IMG/VR virus record: IMGVR_UViG_3300037458_001599
Location: 1 to 38,138 of that record
Strand: one strand, 5' to 3'
Origin: a virus
Taxonomy: Duplodnaviria > Caudoviricetes
Length of the DNA stretch: 38,138 nt
Program-made: the position numbers and the translations under genes
In this document: one piece after another, positions 14,762-21,860 of the stretch
Layout of the letters: every line of letters starts with the position of its first letter
Position numbering within the stretch: the first letter of the stretch is position 1
The notes under the pieces: model-generated
The model's database searches: none
What the model was told of the DNA's origin: nothing
What the model saw: the letters and a program-made list of their open reading frames with translations, nothing else

Positions 14762-16981
14762 TCAGAGCCTTCCGACCGGCGCGAACTCGTCGGCGATGGC
14801 GTCGATGCGGCCCTTGTAGGCGACGATGATGCGCTGCTCGCGCTTGGGGTACTTGCGGAAGTTGAGTGTCTTCTTGGCCTGCGCCAGCCGAGTGAACTCG
14901 GCCTCGAGGTAGATGACCTTGTTGTAGACCGACAGGCCCTGTTCCTTGAAGAACAGCTCCGTCTCGGCTTCGTGGCAGTGGTAGGCGCCCTTGGCGTCCC
15001 GACTGTCGCCGGTCATCACGACGATGAAGCGGTTGTCGCGCAGGTGGTCGATGGCGACCCTGTAGCCCGCGAACAGCGCGTCCCTGAAGTCCTCGTACGT
15101 GGACAGGGCGTTGATCTCGCCATCCGGCGGCGAGCCGTCGTAGTCGACGTACCGCTCCACCCGGTAGTAGGGCGGACAGGCGAAGACCAGGTCGAACTCG
15201 CCCTCGGGCTCATATGTCGAGCTGTCGGCGGCCACCCAGCGCACGTCCGGGAACTGCGAACAGAGCGCGTTGTTGGCGTCGCATTGGTTCTGCCGGATCT
15301 CGCTCGCGAGGTACTGGTAGCCGCTCGCGCCCGCCACGAAACCGAACTGGACACCGCCCCCGAACGGGTTGTAGACGCGCCGCCCCTCGCGGGGCGTGAA
15401 CATCCGAAGGATGATCTCGCAGGCGACGGGGTCGAGGACCGAGGCGTTGCCGTTGTGCGAGCGCCCGGTGACGACGTTCGCGAAGCCGCTCTCGCCCTGC
15501 CAGCAGCCCTCGCGTGTCGCGTAGGCCGGGTTGGGGATGCTCATGTCCTCGCCGACCTGGTCGAGGCGGGCGTTCCACTCCTTCTTGAGCCGGAGCCAGT
15601 CGCCCTTCGTGCTGTCCCAGACGTTCGTGAGCGCGATGTGCGCGAGCGTCTTCAGCCGGTGGTAGGCCGGGTCGCCGGCCAGCATGTACTCGAAGCCCGA
15701 CGCCTTGAGGTACGTCACGAAGCCCAGCTCCTGGAAGACGGCTGGCGTCTCGAACGTGCTCTTGGGGTTCGTCGTCATGAGCATCGGCAGCCCCGCCTCG
15801 TTGCGGGACATGACCGCCAGCACCATCGCGCGGTAGAGCTCGGGCGTGTACAGCGACGGCTCGATGACCGACTGCAGAAGGCAGAACTCGCCTACCTCCC
15901 GGTTGTCCTGGAAGGTCATGAAGCCCGCGAACTCGCCCCCGATGAGGAGGATGACCGCAGAGTGAATCTGCATGTTCTTGCGGGCCGCCCGGTGCGCGAT
16001 GCCGTCCTCCAGCGCCAGCTTGGCGACCTGCTCCTCGAAGCCCGAGCCGATGACCCGCGCCACGTAGCGGAACTCGACATCGTCGCGCGCCGCGAAGACG
16101 GACGCGCCCACCAGCGCGTCATCGGGGAAGAGATACGTTTGGTCCACGACCGGCTGATACGTCATCGGTGCCCCCTCTACTCCGCATTGGTCTGGACAGT
16201 CCGAGCAATGGCCGATGAACACGTCCGGGCGGTGCAGCGACAGCAGCGTCCCGCCTCCCAGCGCGTCCGGCCGATGTGTCGTCAACAGGTCGCCGCTCAG
16301 GACGTGCTCGTTCGTCGGCGTCACGCGCAAGGGCGTGTCGATGACCGGCGCCAGCGTCAGCAGGTAGTCCTGCATCGCCCGCCGCTCACGCGCCCAGTCG
16401 GTATCACCGAAGGCACACGTCACGACGCGGCAGATGCTCCGCACGCCGGCCTCTCGAAGGCGCAGCAGCTGCCCGACGCGGTGACGCGTCTGCGCCTCGG
16501 TGTCGAGGCCGCTCGTGGACGTGTGGACGACGATGTCGAGGTCCAGCATCTGCGAGACCTGGTCATCGGTGAGCGCCTGCCAATGCTTCGTCACGACCAC
16601 GGCCGTCTTCTCGGCGTAGCGCAGGCACCGGATGACGTTCAGCGTGTGCGACCACGCATGGCTCGGGTCGCCCATGACGCCGATGCGGTACCACGTCAGC
16701 GGGTGCTGGCGAAGCTGGCGGATGAGGATGTCGCGGTGCTGGAACTGGTCGACGAAGCCGCGCGTCACGCTCCGGCCGAAGTCCACGCCCCGGAACTCCG
16801 CGATCTTCGCGGCGTAGCACTCGCCGTAGCAGCCGCCCGCCGTCGCCATGCCCTCCGAGCAGCCCTTGACGGTGTCCACGTCCATGCAGCCCTTCGCGTT
16901 CACGGTCGCCGTGATGGCGTCGTGGTACGGGCGTGGCGTGCGCGGGATGTCGAACAGGCGGGGCGCGAAGACGGCCGTCAT
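14762..16981 (-). CDS. fusion: SPL-like radical SAM domain + GNAT-like domain + CPPY-type amino-methyltransferase domain (739 aa)
   Basis: KGC-x9-C-x3-CYA, RIGVMGDP, VVTKH, CxxCxxxC; FAGFMTF..FCLLQSVIEP..FQELGF; NPFGGG, ASEIR, DLVFACPPYY; start reassigned to MTAVF (ATGA overlap). Confidence 0.8.
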   Translation of the reverse strand: MTAVFAPRLFDIPRTPRPYHDAITATVNAKGCMDVDTVKGCSEGMATAGGCYGECYAAKIAEFRGVDFGRSVTRGFVDQFQHRDILIRQLRQHPLTWYRIGVMGDPSHAWSHTLNVIRCLRYAEKTAVVVTKHWQALTDDQVSQMLDLDIVVHTSTSGLDTEAQTRHRVGQLLRLREAGVRSICRVVTCAFGDTDWARERRAMQDYLLTLAPVIDTPLRVTPTNEHVLSGDLLTTHRPDALGGGTLLSLHRPDVFIGHCSDCPDQCGVEGAPMTYQPVVDQTYLFPDDALVGASVFAARDDVEFRYVARVIGSGFEEQVAKLALEDGIAHRAARKNMQIHSAVILLIGGEFAGFMTFQDNREVGEFCLLQSVIEPSLYTPELYRAMVLAVMSRNEAGLPMLMTTNPKSTFETPAVFQELGFVTYLKASGFEYMLAGDPAYHRLKTLAHIALTNVWDSTKGDWLRLKKEWNARLDQVGEDMSIPNPAYATREGCWQGESGFANVVTGRSHNGNASVLDPVACEIILRMFTPREGRRVYNPFGGGVQFGFVAGASGYQYLASEIRQNQCDANNALCSQFPDVRWVAADSSTYEPEGEFDLVFACPPYYRVERYVDYDGSPPDGEINALSTYEDFRDALFAGYRVAIDHLRDNRFIVVMTGDSRDAKGAYHCHEAETELFFKEQGLSVYNKVIYLEAEFTRLAQAKKTLNFRKYPKREQRIIVAYKGRIDAIADEFAPVGRL

Positions 16982-17208
16982 CCCAGCGCCTCGTGCGCCC
17001 GCAGGGCCTCGTCCCAGCCGCAGTCGCACCCGGCGCCCGAGGGCAGGCCGTGGGCCGTCAGCGACGTGCAGGTGACGGCGTGGTGGCCGCGCGTCGCGAG
17101 CCGCTCGGCGTCGGCCCGGAGGGCCTCCTCGCGCGCCGAGATGTAGGCCTCGAGCGACGAGACGAGGGCGGCCATGCGAGGCTCGGCGCGCAGGTCGTCG
17201 AGGGTCAT
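16978..17208 (-). CDS. small His/Cys protein (HH..C..CDCG, 76 aa)
   Basis: GGAGG RBS; ATGA overlaps at both ends. Confidence 0.65.
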   Translation of the reverse strand: MTLDDLRAEPRMAALVSSLEAYISAREEALRADAERLATRGHHAVTCTSLTAHGLPSGAGCDCGWDEALRAHEALG

Positions 17209-17288
17209 CCCACGTCCTCCCACGCCCACCAGGCCACGAGCGCGCAGAGCAGGACGAGGACCGCGAACGCCGCCAGCGCCAGCTCCAT
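17205..17288 (-). CDS. 27-aa single-TM peptide, not in ORF track
   Basis: MELALAAFAVLVLLCALVAWWAWEDVG; GGAGG RBS; ATGA overlap. Confidence 0.55.
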   Translation of the reverse strand: MELALAAFAVLVLLCALVAWWAWEDVG

Positions 17289-17304
17289 GCCCCCTCCCTC
17301 CCCG

Positions 17305-17496
17305 CTACAAGCTGACGGCCACGTGACCGGCGAGGTACAGCGCGGCGAGCAGGACGCCCAGCCACGAGAGCCGTCGCAGGGCCGGCTCGGCCCGCTCCAT
17401 CCACGACAGCACGCGCTCCTCGGCCCACGGCCGGGTGCCGCCGGCGAGGCGGATGCCGCCGTGGGCGGGCGGGCTGGCCTGGCGGTAGCGGGTCAC
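17305..17496 (-). CDS. small protein with C-terminal TM segment (63 aa)
   Basis: GTG start overlapping upstream TGA; hydrophobic C-terminus. Confidence 0.55.
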   Translation of the reverse strand: MTRYRQASPPAHGGIRLAGGTRPWAEERVLSWMERAEPALRRLSWLGVLLAALYLAGHVAVSL

Positions 17497-17771
17497 CGGA
17501 GCCACGTCGGGTGTGCGAGATGCCACCAGCCGCACTCGCAGCGGTATGCGATCGGCCAGTCGGCCCTGCGGCGCCAGCGGGCGCTCCGCGCGAGGGCGCG
17601 GTGGGCGGCGGCCTCCGAGGGGTAGCTGGCCTTGGGGCGGCCATCGCTACCGAGACAGCGCGACGTGGACGGGCGGGGGGAGCGGCCGCCGTCCACGTGC
17701 CCTGTGAGGCCGGTTTCCTGCCCCAGGACGGCCGACGGCCCCCGATGCAGTGAAACGCTGCGCTGAGCCAT
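17493..17771 (-). CDS. phage Zn-finger-like protein (KASYPSEAAA..AYRCECGWWHL, 92 aa)
   Basis: ATG 1 nt after the cro stop; motif pattern common among small phage proteins. Confidence 0.65.
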   Translation of the reverse strand: MAQRSVSLHRGPSAVLGQETGLTGHVDGGRSPRPSTSRCLGSDGRPKASYPSEAAAHRALARSARWRRRADWPIAYRCECGWWHLAHPTWLR

Positions 17772-17772
17772 G

Positions 17773-18024
17773 TCAGGCGGCCGTGTCGGCCGGGAACAGC
17801 AGCGACTCGGGGACGTGGAGCGTGTCCGCCGCACGAGCCCGGAAGTCGGCCGACGGCCGGCGCTTGCTCTGGATGACGAGGGTCACGTAGGAGGGGCTCT
17901 TGCCGGTCTTGCCGGCCAGCCAGCGGGCCGAGCGCTCCTGTGCCGCGAGGACTTCCGCGAGGGGATGAGGAGAAGTGGTGACAGGCTGCACCGGAGACTT
18001 GTCAGGGGTTGAGGTATCACTCAC
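17773..18024 (-). CDS. Cro-like XRE HTH protein (83 aa)
   Basis: SARWLAGKTGKSPSYVTLVIQSKRRPS; first gene of the lytic operon, divergent from the repressor. Confidence 0.8.
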   Translation of the reverse strand: MSDTSTPDKSPVQPVTTSPHPLAEVLAAQERSARWLAGKTGKSPSYVTLVIQSKRRPSADFRARAADTLHVPESLLFPADTAA

Positions 18025-18031
18025 AGGCGGG

Positions 18032-18060
18032 AGCGTACGCTACCCGATGACAGGTGTCAA
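18032..18060 (-). promoter_or_regulatory. early lytic promoter with overlapping operator-like palindrome
   Basis: TTGACA-N17-TACGCT on - strand, 7 nt before the cro GTG; palindrome TGACA-GG-TGTCA at 18048-18059 covers the -35. Confidence 0.8.
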
Positions 18061-18073
18061 TACCCTGTACACA

Positions 18074-18439
18074 ATGGATACGCCCCCGCCTGAGACTCCC
18101 GGCCAGCGCCTGCGGGCACTCGTGGACGCCAGGTGGTCACGCCGGCAGGGCGGCATCCGCGGGCTGGCCGCGAGGCTCGGCGTCTCGGGCGAGACGATGT
18201 ACTCGTGGTTCCGCGACGACCAGGACCCGAGCCTCGACCACCTCGCCCGGCTGGCCGAGGCGCTCGGCGTCAGGCGCTACGAGATCGTGGCCGCGATGGA
18301 CGCGGAGGGCACGCTCTATCGGCGGGGCGACCCGGACCTGGTGGCCGTGGTGGAGGAGCTGCTCGACGAGCGCCTGGACGCCCTGCTAGACGAGCGCGGA
18401 GTGCGCGGTCGACGACCCCGCGGAGCCAGTCCTTCATGA
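18074..18439 (+). CDS. CI-like immunity repressor, XRE HTH without peptidase domain (121 aa)
   Basis: IRGLAARLGVSGETMYSWFRDDQDPSLDHLARLAEALGV; divergent from cro; start reassigned to MDTPP. Confidence 0.85.
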   Translation: MDTPPPETPGQRLRALVDARWSRRQGGIRGLAARLGVSGETMYSWFRDDQDPSLDHLARLAEALGVRRYEIVAAMDAEGTLYRRGDPDLVAVVEELLDERLDALLDERGVRGRRPRGASPS

Positions 18440-18519
18440 GCGCGTCAGGCTCCACGACCTTGTCCCTCCTGCTGGTCGGCAGGACAGCGTAACCGAACGG
18501 CCGTGCTATTCCTAGCGGC

Positions 18520-18548
18520 TTATCCACGAGATGGTGACGGCGTAGGCT
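18520..18548 (+). promoter_or_regulatory. putative promoter for the membrane-protein pair
   Basis: TTATCC-N17-TAGGCT in a lower-GC intergenic stretch. Confidence 0.45.
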
Positions 18549-18568
18549 TGCGCCACACGTAGCGGGGG

Positions 18569-19201
18569 ATGTGGACGATGAGGCCGCCCGAGGTCCGCCG
18601 GTACGTCGGCGCGACGGCCGAGGAGGCCCAGATGCGCTTCCAGCAGGACCTCCCGGCGTGGGTCGCCGCGGGGTGGGAACCGTTCGCCCGGGACTGGCAC
18701 GGCACCGCGCTCATCGTGACCTACCTGATGCGTGGCACACCGCCCCCCTCACCCTCGCCCGGGCCCCCGCCCCCATCGACCGCCGCGCAGCCCCAGCAGC
18801 GGACGTGGGCGGCGACCGCCATCGTCATCGGAGGCGCCATCGTCGTGCTCTCCGCGTTCCTGCCTTGGGTCAGCGCATCGGCTCTGTTCGCCTCCATCTC
18901 CAAGGTCGGCGTCGAGGGGGATGGCGTCTTCACGGCCGCCGCGGGTGTCGTCGTCATCCTGGCCGGCCTCGCCGGCATCTCGACGAGCTGGGCGTGGGTG
19001 GTCGCGCTCGTCGCCGCACTGGCGGCGGGAGGCATCGGCGTCATGGACCTGCAGGACGTGCAGGCGCGCATCGCCGGTCTCGAGAGCGAGGCGTTCGTCG
19101 CCCAGGTCGGCCTCGGCCTGTGGGGCACCGTGGCGGGGGCGCTCGTGGCGACCGTCGCCGCGCTGTACCAGGGCTTCGTCGTGGGCTCCGGCGAGGACTG
19201 A
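18569..19201 (+). CDS. membrane protein: small N-terminal soluble domain, Pro linker, about 4 TM (start may be 18578)
   Basis: EVRRYVGAT..DLPAWVAAGWEP..VTY, then hydrophobic segments (FLPW..GDG..GLGLW). Confidence 0.8.
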   Translation: MWTMRPPEVRRYVGATAEEAQMRFQQDLPAWVAAGWEPFARDWHGTALIVTYLMRGTPPPSPSPGPPPPSTAAQPQQRTWAATAIVIGGAIVVLSAFLPWVSASALFASISKVGVEGDGVFTAAAGVVVILAGLAGISTSWAWVVALVAALAAGGIGVMDLQDVQARIAGLESEAFVAQVGLGLWGTVAGALVATVAALYQGFVVGSGED

Positions 19202-19205
19202 CGCG

Positions 19206-19571
19206 GTGCCCCAGGCAGACCTCCTGCTGGCCCTCATCTTCTGGGTCGCGCTGTGGGGGACGCTGGGGGCGCTCGTCGCGCCACGCAAGGGATACCCGCC
19301 CTCGTACGGGTTCGGTGTCGCGGGCGTGCTGGGCATCCTCGGGCTGGCCTACCTGGCCCTGAAGCCGGACGCCGCCGCGCCACGTGCGACCACGCCACGC
19401 CCCGGAGAGGTCATCAGGCGCTACAGCGGGCGCACTCGCCCGGAGGCGGAGGCGGCGTACCACGCTGACCTCCCGGCAGCGCAGTGGGCGGGATACGAGC
19501 CCTATCGGCGGTACTGGCCGATGGTCACCGGCGACCCCGTGCTGGAGGTCACGTACCGGCTGACGCCCTAG
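19206..19571 (+). CDS. membrane protein: 2 TM plus C-terminal domain homologous to the N-terminus of the preceding gene (121 aa)
   Basis: GTG start with GAGG RBS; APRKGY..GFG..LGILGL; EVIRRYSGRT..DLPAAQWAGYEP..VTY. Confidence 0.75.
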   Translation: MPQADLLLALIFWVALWGTLGALVAPRKGYPPSYGFGVAGVLGILGLAYLALKPDAAAPRATTPRPGEVIRRYSGRTRPEAEAAYHADLPAAQWAGYEPYRRYWPMVTGDPVLEVTYRLTP

Positions 19572-20746
19572 CTCACCTGGTAGACGCCCGCGATGCGGAT
19601 GGTGGGTGCCTGTCCGCTCGTGACATCGGCCGCGTCGATGACCTGCGCCGTGTTGTTGTAGCGGCAGTTGTTGAACTCGATGTAGGTCGTCCCGTTCACG
19701 GCGAGGGGGACGAGGTGCTCGAAGGGGAGGTTGTAGGGGAACTTCGCGCCCTGCCAGGACAGCGGGTGCGAGTTGCCGCCCACGGTGAAGGGCAGGCCCG
19801 TGACACGGAAGTTGCCCGACGCCGTCGAATGCGTCAGGGCGCTCGTGATCATGGTGATCATGATGTGGACGAGGCGGCCCACCTTCGTGTAGTAGCCGGT
19901 CTGCGTCGTGTAGGTCACGGACAGGTCGCCCGCCGTCCCGAAGGTGATGGCCGGCGTGAACGTGCCCTCCTCGTAGTCGTCGAGGGTGTTCACGTCCGCG
20001 CTGGGGACCGCGGTCGCGGGGAAGGCGACGCCCTCCGTCCGGACGGCCGTCAGCGGGTCGGCGGCCGTGCCGATCTCGAGGTCCTGCCCCGATGCCGGGA
20101 CGAGGTCGCCGTTCGGCATGACGACCCAGCGGCTGACCGGCGTCGTGCCACCCACGGGCGTCGTGGCGATGACGAGCGTCCCCGGCATGTCCCCCGACGG
20201 GGTGTCCCCGGCCTCCACGGACAGGCGGGCGGCCAGCATGTCGGAGCCCCCGTCGCTGCGGCCCCAGAAGTCGATCCGCCCGAGGTCGTCCTCGGCCACG
20301 ACCGCGGCGTCGTCGTCACGCCGGCGCCGGAACGTGAGCGACCCGACCTTGGCGTTGCCGGCCGCCCCCACCTCGACGGCGTGGTTGGCGTCGTCCACCG
20401 GCGTCAGGAAGTTCGCCGCCGTGACGTCGCCGGAAGCGTCGAGCGAGCCGAGCTCGGCCGAGCTGGCCCGCAGGACGAGCACCTCCGACAGGATGGCGAC
20501 CGCCAGGAGGTAGCCATCCTCGCGCCGCAGCACGAGGATGTCCTGGCCGACGGCGGGCATGAGGCTCCGCGGGTAGGCGATGTTCGGCGTCTCCGTGCTG
20601 GCGCCCTCGAGGTAGGCCGAGAGGGTCGTGGCGGCGTCGACCCGCGAGACGGTCCCGCGGATGGCCGAGACGGGTCGGTGCCTGCCGAGCGCCTGGGCGA
20701 TACGCCGGTCCACGACGGCGTACAGGTCACGCTGCGCGTCGTCCAC
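19568..20746 (-). CDS. tail fibre / receptor-binding protein (392 aa)
   Basis: Last tail gene; LDDYEEGTFTP..GYYTKVGRLVH..TGLPFT fibre-tip-like pattern. Confidence 0.8.
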   Translation of the reverse strand: MDDAQRDLYAVVDRRIAQALGRHRPVSAIRGTVSRVDAATTLSAYLEGASTETPNIAYPRSLMPAVGQDILVLRREDGYLLAVAILSEVLVLRASSAELGSLDASGDVTAANFLTPVDDANHAVEVGAAGNAKVGSLTFRRRRDDDAAVVAEDDLGRIDFWGRSDGGSDMLAARLSVEAGDTPSGDMPGTLVIATTPVGGTTPVSRWVVMPNGDLVPASGQDLEIGTAADPLTAVRTEGVAFPATAVPSADVNTLDDYEEGTFTPAITFGTAGDLSVTYTTQTGYYTKVGRLVHIMITMITSALTHSTASGNFRVTGLPFTVGGNSHPLSWQGAKFPYNLPFEHLVPLAVNGTTYIEFNNCRYNNTAQVIDAADVTSGQAPTIRIAGVYQVS

Positions 20747-20747
20747 G

Positions 20748-21860
20748 TCAGCCCTCCTCGGCGTAGAGCGGCAGGACCCGGCTCGCGCTGACGCTCATCG
20801 TGCCCATGGCCACCGGGAGTGAGATGCGGTCGACGCGGTAGAGCGCATCGGTGCCGGTCTGCGCGTCGATGAAGCGCACGACGTCGTCGACGTCGAGCGT
20901 CGGGTCGGGGATGCCGCTCCACTCCACGGCGTCCCGCCACAGCGTCCGCTCGCGCAGGAGGATGGCGGCCAGGCTGTTCGCCTGGTACTGCGTCCCGACC
21001 GCGGCGGAGCGGTGGACGGGCGCCGAACGCAGCCCGATGCGGTCGGGGTGCCAGGGGTGCGAGAGGTCGGTGATGAGCGCCTCGCCGCGGACGAGCTCAC
21101 CCGACGGCTGGTCGCCGATGACGACCTGGCGGTTGACCGGCATCCAGTCGCCCCGGCGGGTGATGGCCGTGGCGAGCGCGACGCCGGCGGACTGCTCGTA
21201 CGTCCGCGCGGGCACGGCCGCGAGGGGGTCGGGCACGAGCCGCAGGACGGGCGTGCCGGTGCGGTCCATGTACGCCTCGAGGCCGTTGTCCGCCATGAGG
21301 TCGAGGGTGGCCGTCAGGCGCTCCTCGTCCTCGCCGAACGTCCGCGACGCGCCCAGGCGCCCGGCCTCCGCGTCGAGGTCCCAGCCCGAGCCGTCACCGA
21401 GGACCGGCTCCCAGAGCAGGCGCAGGGCGTCGCTCGCGGCGAGGCCCGCCCCCACCGTGACGATCTCGCCGAAGTCCTGCTGGAGGGAGACGGCCGGGTC
21501 GTCCCCCGACAGCGTGAGGCTGCCGGCGAGGTCCACCTCGAACGAGCCGATGACGAACGTCCCGAGCGTGACGTACACCTCCGTGCCGTCGATGACGGCG
21601 CCGCGGTCGACACGCAGCCGCTGCCCGGGGGCGAACTCGTCGTCGGCGAGGCCCGGCGCGAGCGTGCCGTCCTCATCCACGAGGCGGAGCCGCAGGCTGC
21701 GCCGGATCTCGCGCGTCCGGTCCACCTCGACCGTGCCGTCGAGGATGATGCGGACCGGGGCGTACGTCGAGCGCACGATGCCGCCGGCGGTGAGCGTGAC
21801 GAGCCGGCTGACCGGCCGGTGGCTGTCGCGCAGGGTCGTCTCGAGCGTCAATCGAGCCAC
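20748..21860 (-). CDS. minor tail protein (tail hub-like, 370 aa)
   Basis: Position; GTVEVDRTREIRRSL and PDPTLDVDDVV patterns resemble siphovirus hub proteins. Confidence 0.7.
   Translation of the reverse strand: MARLTLETTLRDSHRPVSRLVTLTAGGIVRSTYAPVRIILDGTVEVDRTREIRRSLRLRLVDEDGTLAPGLADDEFAPGQRLRVDRGAVIDGTEVYVTLGTFVIGSFEVDLAGSLTLSGDDPAVSLQQDFGEIVTVGAGLAASDALRLLWEPVLGDGSGWDLDAEAGRLGASRTFGEDEERLTATLDLMADNGLEAYMDRTGTPVLRLVPDPLAAVPARTYEQSAGVALATAITRRGDWMPVNRQVVIGDQPSGELVRGEALITDLSHPWHPDRIGLRSAPVHRSAAVGTQYQANSLAAILLRERTLWRDAVEWSGIPDPTLDVDDVVRFIDAQTGTDALYRVDRISLPVAMGTMSVSASRVLPLYAEEG

Noticed and set aside
14045-17146. 1033-aa + strand ORF, the longest on that strand
   Set aside because: Antisense shadow of the radical SAM-GNAT-methyltransferase gene; no motifs, no RBS, composition typical of reverse-frame translation of high-GC3 codons
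16982-17644. N-terminal 221 aa of the 960-aa track ORF
   Set aside because: Arg/Pro-rich off-frame reading across four small coupled genes; the true start is the ATGA overlap at 16981
18270-18527. 85-aa - strand ORF overlapping the repressor 3' end
   Set aside because: No RBS or well-spaced -10; the C-terminal half is an antisense shadow; cannot be supported
18520-18528. DnaA box TTATCCACG
   Set aside because: Single 8/9 match, equally explained as the -35 of a promoter
19568-20746. Diversity-generating retroelement targeting the tail fibre
   Set aside because: No reverse transcriptase and no template/variable repeat pair seen in the window
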